Positions 61,690 through 64,000 of a DNA stretch of 64,000 nucleotides are shown here, one piece after another. The stretch is from Piromyces finnis finn (taxonomy: Eukaryota > Fungi > Neocallimastigomycota), in the NCBI GenBank assembly GCA_002104945.1, contig MCFH01000007.1, positions 1,183,294 to 1,247,293 of the forward strand, given 5' to 3'. A program made the position numbers and the translations under genes. The notes beneath the pieces are model-generated. The model saw nothing but the letters and a program-made list of their open reading frames with translations. It ran no database searches and was not told where the DNA came from. Positions within the stretch are counted from its first letter, which is position 1. Every line of letters begins with the position of its first letter.

Positions 61690-62370
61690 AAAAAACTTAT
61701 GAGAATAAATAATAAAAGTACTAAAGATATTAGAAAGCGTTATTAGAATAAAATAACCTAAGTAATGGAAGTAAAGCCCTCAGATATACTACCAATAAAT
61801 TTCTTAATTCGAATTACCTGATGCATATCGGTTTCAACAAACCTCACTTAAATTTAGGAATTACTTGGATTATTCATATTCGATGCGGTTATGAAAACAT
61901 TACCAGAATTGCCCTCATGTCTGCATGGATTTTAGAATGTTCTGTATTCTCTGAATACAGAACTTTTTCGCTTTCCTGACAATTTTTTTACTCTTTTTTT
62001 TTTTAATTAAATATAAGAATCAATTCATTACTTGCTTACTCCTTGAAATGGAAGTAAATTATTAATAACTATATTTTTACTTCTTCTTAGTGTAATTTTA
62101 GCTTATGATGGGCTATAAATCGATAAGGCGGAATAAAGACATTTGAATGAACAGCCTTACAGTTCATCGGGTCTCATGTTCCATATGTAGAAGGTCCCGC
62201 GGCTTTTCTTACTAAAACAATCCCTATCATTAGTAGCTCTATGAAGCTACTTTTTGATAGGCTTAGTAAGACACCTGATGCTACTTCTCTTTTTATTTCA
62301 TTTAATTTATTAGGTAGGGATCAATCCCACACAGTACAACTTGCAGAGTTCATTGAACTTTTTTACAAAT
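61690..62370 (+). mobile_element. Second degraded subfamily-B LINE 3' fragment with internal deletions
   Basis: GSKALRYTTNKFLNSNYLMHIGFNKPHLNLGITWIIHIRCGY parallels element A's SIKAQYYDDNKFIETKDFIKLCYEYPEFAYGFYWLLKARSGY. 62110-62275 nearly duplicates 61000-61165. Confidence 0.7.
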
Positions 62371-62939
62371 TAAATAATAATTTATTTTATCTTATATTTA
62401 TATCTTTATCTATATATATTTTAATATTTTTATTGATTTTTATTATATTAATATGTATTATTACTTAATATAATGTAAAATCACAAATTAAATAAATAGA
62501 TACAAGAAGAAGTGTATTCTCTTTCTAGTCTAAAAAAAAAAGGTAGGGTAAAGAAGACAATTAATTAATAATATTTTTCAATCTTCTTCTCCGAGTCTTC
62601 TTTTCCGTGTTCTTATGTTGTGGAACTTGCGGAATTCCTCCGAATTGTAATTTGTGACTTTTACACGATGATCGATTTGTATAAATATAGTGTACTTTGA
62701 TTAAATTATTAATAAATAAAATTACACATTTTCAAAGTCTATAAAAAAAAAAACTTAAATGTTCTTTTTAACATATTTTTTATTTTAAATTAATTTATAC
62801 ACATATTTCCATATAATTAATAAAACCAACTTTTTAAATTAATTTCTTTTGCTATTTCCTATAAATGATTATCACTAAATTATTATTATTATTATTAAAT
62901 AATTAATTAATTATTTATTTAATTATTTAATATTTGACG

Positions 62940-63965
62940 TTAAAGATATTTAGAAAACTTATTCACAATGGCTTCAAAACCTTTATCAAATATATATATA
63001 TAAATATAACGTATAATTAGAACTTTAAAAAATAAATATATTTTTAATTTAATATTATAAATATAAATTTTTACTATATTTTTCAGCTTCTATACTATCC
63101 AAAGCGTGGCCAGTTTCTGGGAAAAGTACCACTCTAATAATATTTAGTTTATCATATTATTCTATTAACCATCCTATTAACTTTTCTTTTTTTTTAAATA
63201 AATATAAAAAACTTACTCAACATCCTTATTTTTAGATTTTAATAAACGAGCTAAATAAAGGAATCTTGTCTTGGTACTCTACGATCCATTTCTAATATGT
63301 AAAAATATGAAATTTTTCATGTAGTATTATTATTTTAATAATCTTTTTATATTTCTAAACTTTCATCTTATAATTTTATATCTATATATGTTTTCTTTAT
63401 TTTTTATTACCTCCTAACAATAATAATAATGGTGTTACTACATGATCAACATTTTTAATTGGAGAACAATCAAATGCTTTTTGATATAATTCACCAGAAA
63501 TTATTGGTGGTTGATTCATATCCCAATTTATTCCTAATTCTAATGGTGACCTGTTATTAATATAATATATTTTTTAAATTAATATATTTGATATGTTAAT
63601 ATATAATAAATTATTATTTATGAGTTATTAACTATGACTGTTTTTTTTTTTTTTTTTTTTTTAATATCCATTTTATTAACTAATTATTTGCTAAATACTT
63701 TTGGTTTAATTTTTTTTAATAAAGAAATTTTCTGTAAAATTTTTAATAAAAATCAACTAATAATTTGTTGAAAATATTTTTGGTTAAAGTAAATATTAGT
63801 TGAAACTATATTTGATAAATACAATATTAGTTTAAATTTATTGATATCCATCCAATAAAGTTATTCTATTCTTCTCTAATTTTTTATTACATAAAATTTA
63901 ATTACACCGAAAAATATAACAACTTTTAACTTACCATTCTGGAATATCAGAAGTTAAAAGCATTC
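62940..63965 (-). CDS. APEH: 3' part of acylamino-acid-releasing enzyme (peptidase S9C), gene continues beyond the window; one apparent 1-nt frameshift
   Basis: Exons give MLLTSDIPEW|SPLELG...AFDCSPIKNVDHVVTPLLLLLG|EMDRRVPRQDSF(/)YLARLLKSKNKDVE|VVLFPETGHALDSIEAEKY|SFEAIVNKFSKYL*. The catalytic Asp (DRRVP) and His (GHAL) context matches APEH. Confidence 0.85.
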
Positions 63966-64000
63966 CTAATTAATTTTATTTTAATCATTTTAAATATATT

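Noticed and set aside
59873-62468. ORF-track entries 59873-60076, 61062-61298, 61267-61509 and 62241-62468 as host genes
   Set aside because: They are antisense or broken frames within LINE 3' ends and relics.

Overview
Extremely AT-rich, intron-rich eukaryotic DNA with homopolymer-filled spacers. The gene content and style fit an anaerobic gut fungus (Neocallimastigomycota); this is an inference. Genes in order: LST8 (9 exons); a bacterial-type C69 dipeptidase with a probable upstream targeting-peptide exon; a multi-exon beta-helix/EGF/class-C-like 7TM receptor; an intronless 2959-aa multipass protein ending in a PelF/Gtb3-like GT4 glycosyltransferase; an RGS protein with a C-terminal CaaX box; glucose-6-phosphate 1-epimerase; a hypothetical gene; an Hpc2/ubinuclein-like chaperone; a SUN-domain protein; an AKTIP/Ft1-like UEV gene containing a U12-type AT-AC intron; a small TPR-like gene; SAM synthetase; and the 3' end of an acylamino-acid-releasing enzyme. 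Between SAM synthetase and that last gene lies a roughly 8-kb head-to-tail cluster of LINE copies. One near-intact element sits inside an older copy of itself with a target-site duplication, and its 5' leader has tandem hairpin-rich monomers and an apparent spliceosomal intron. All calls come from manual reading and translation; no searches were run.
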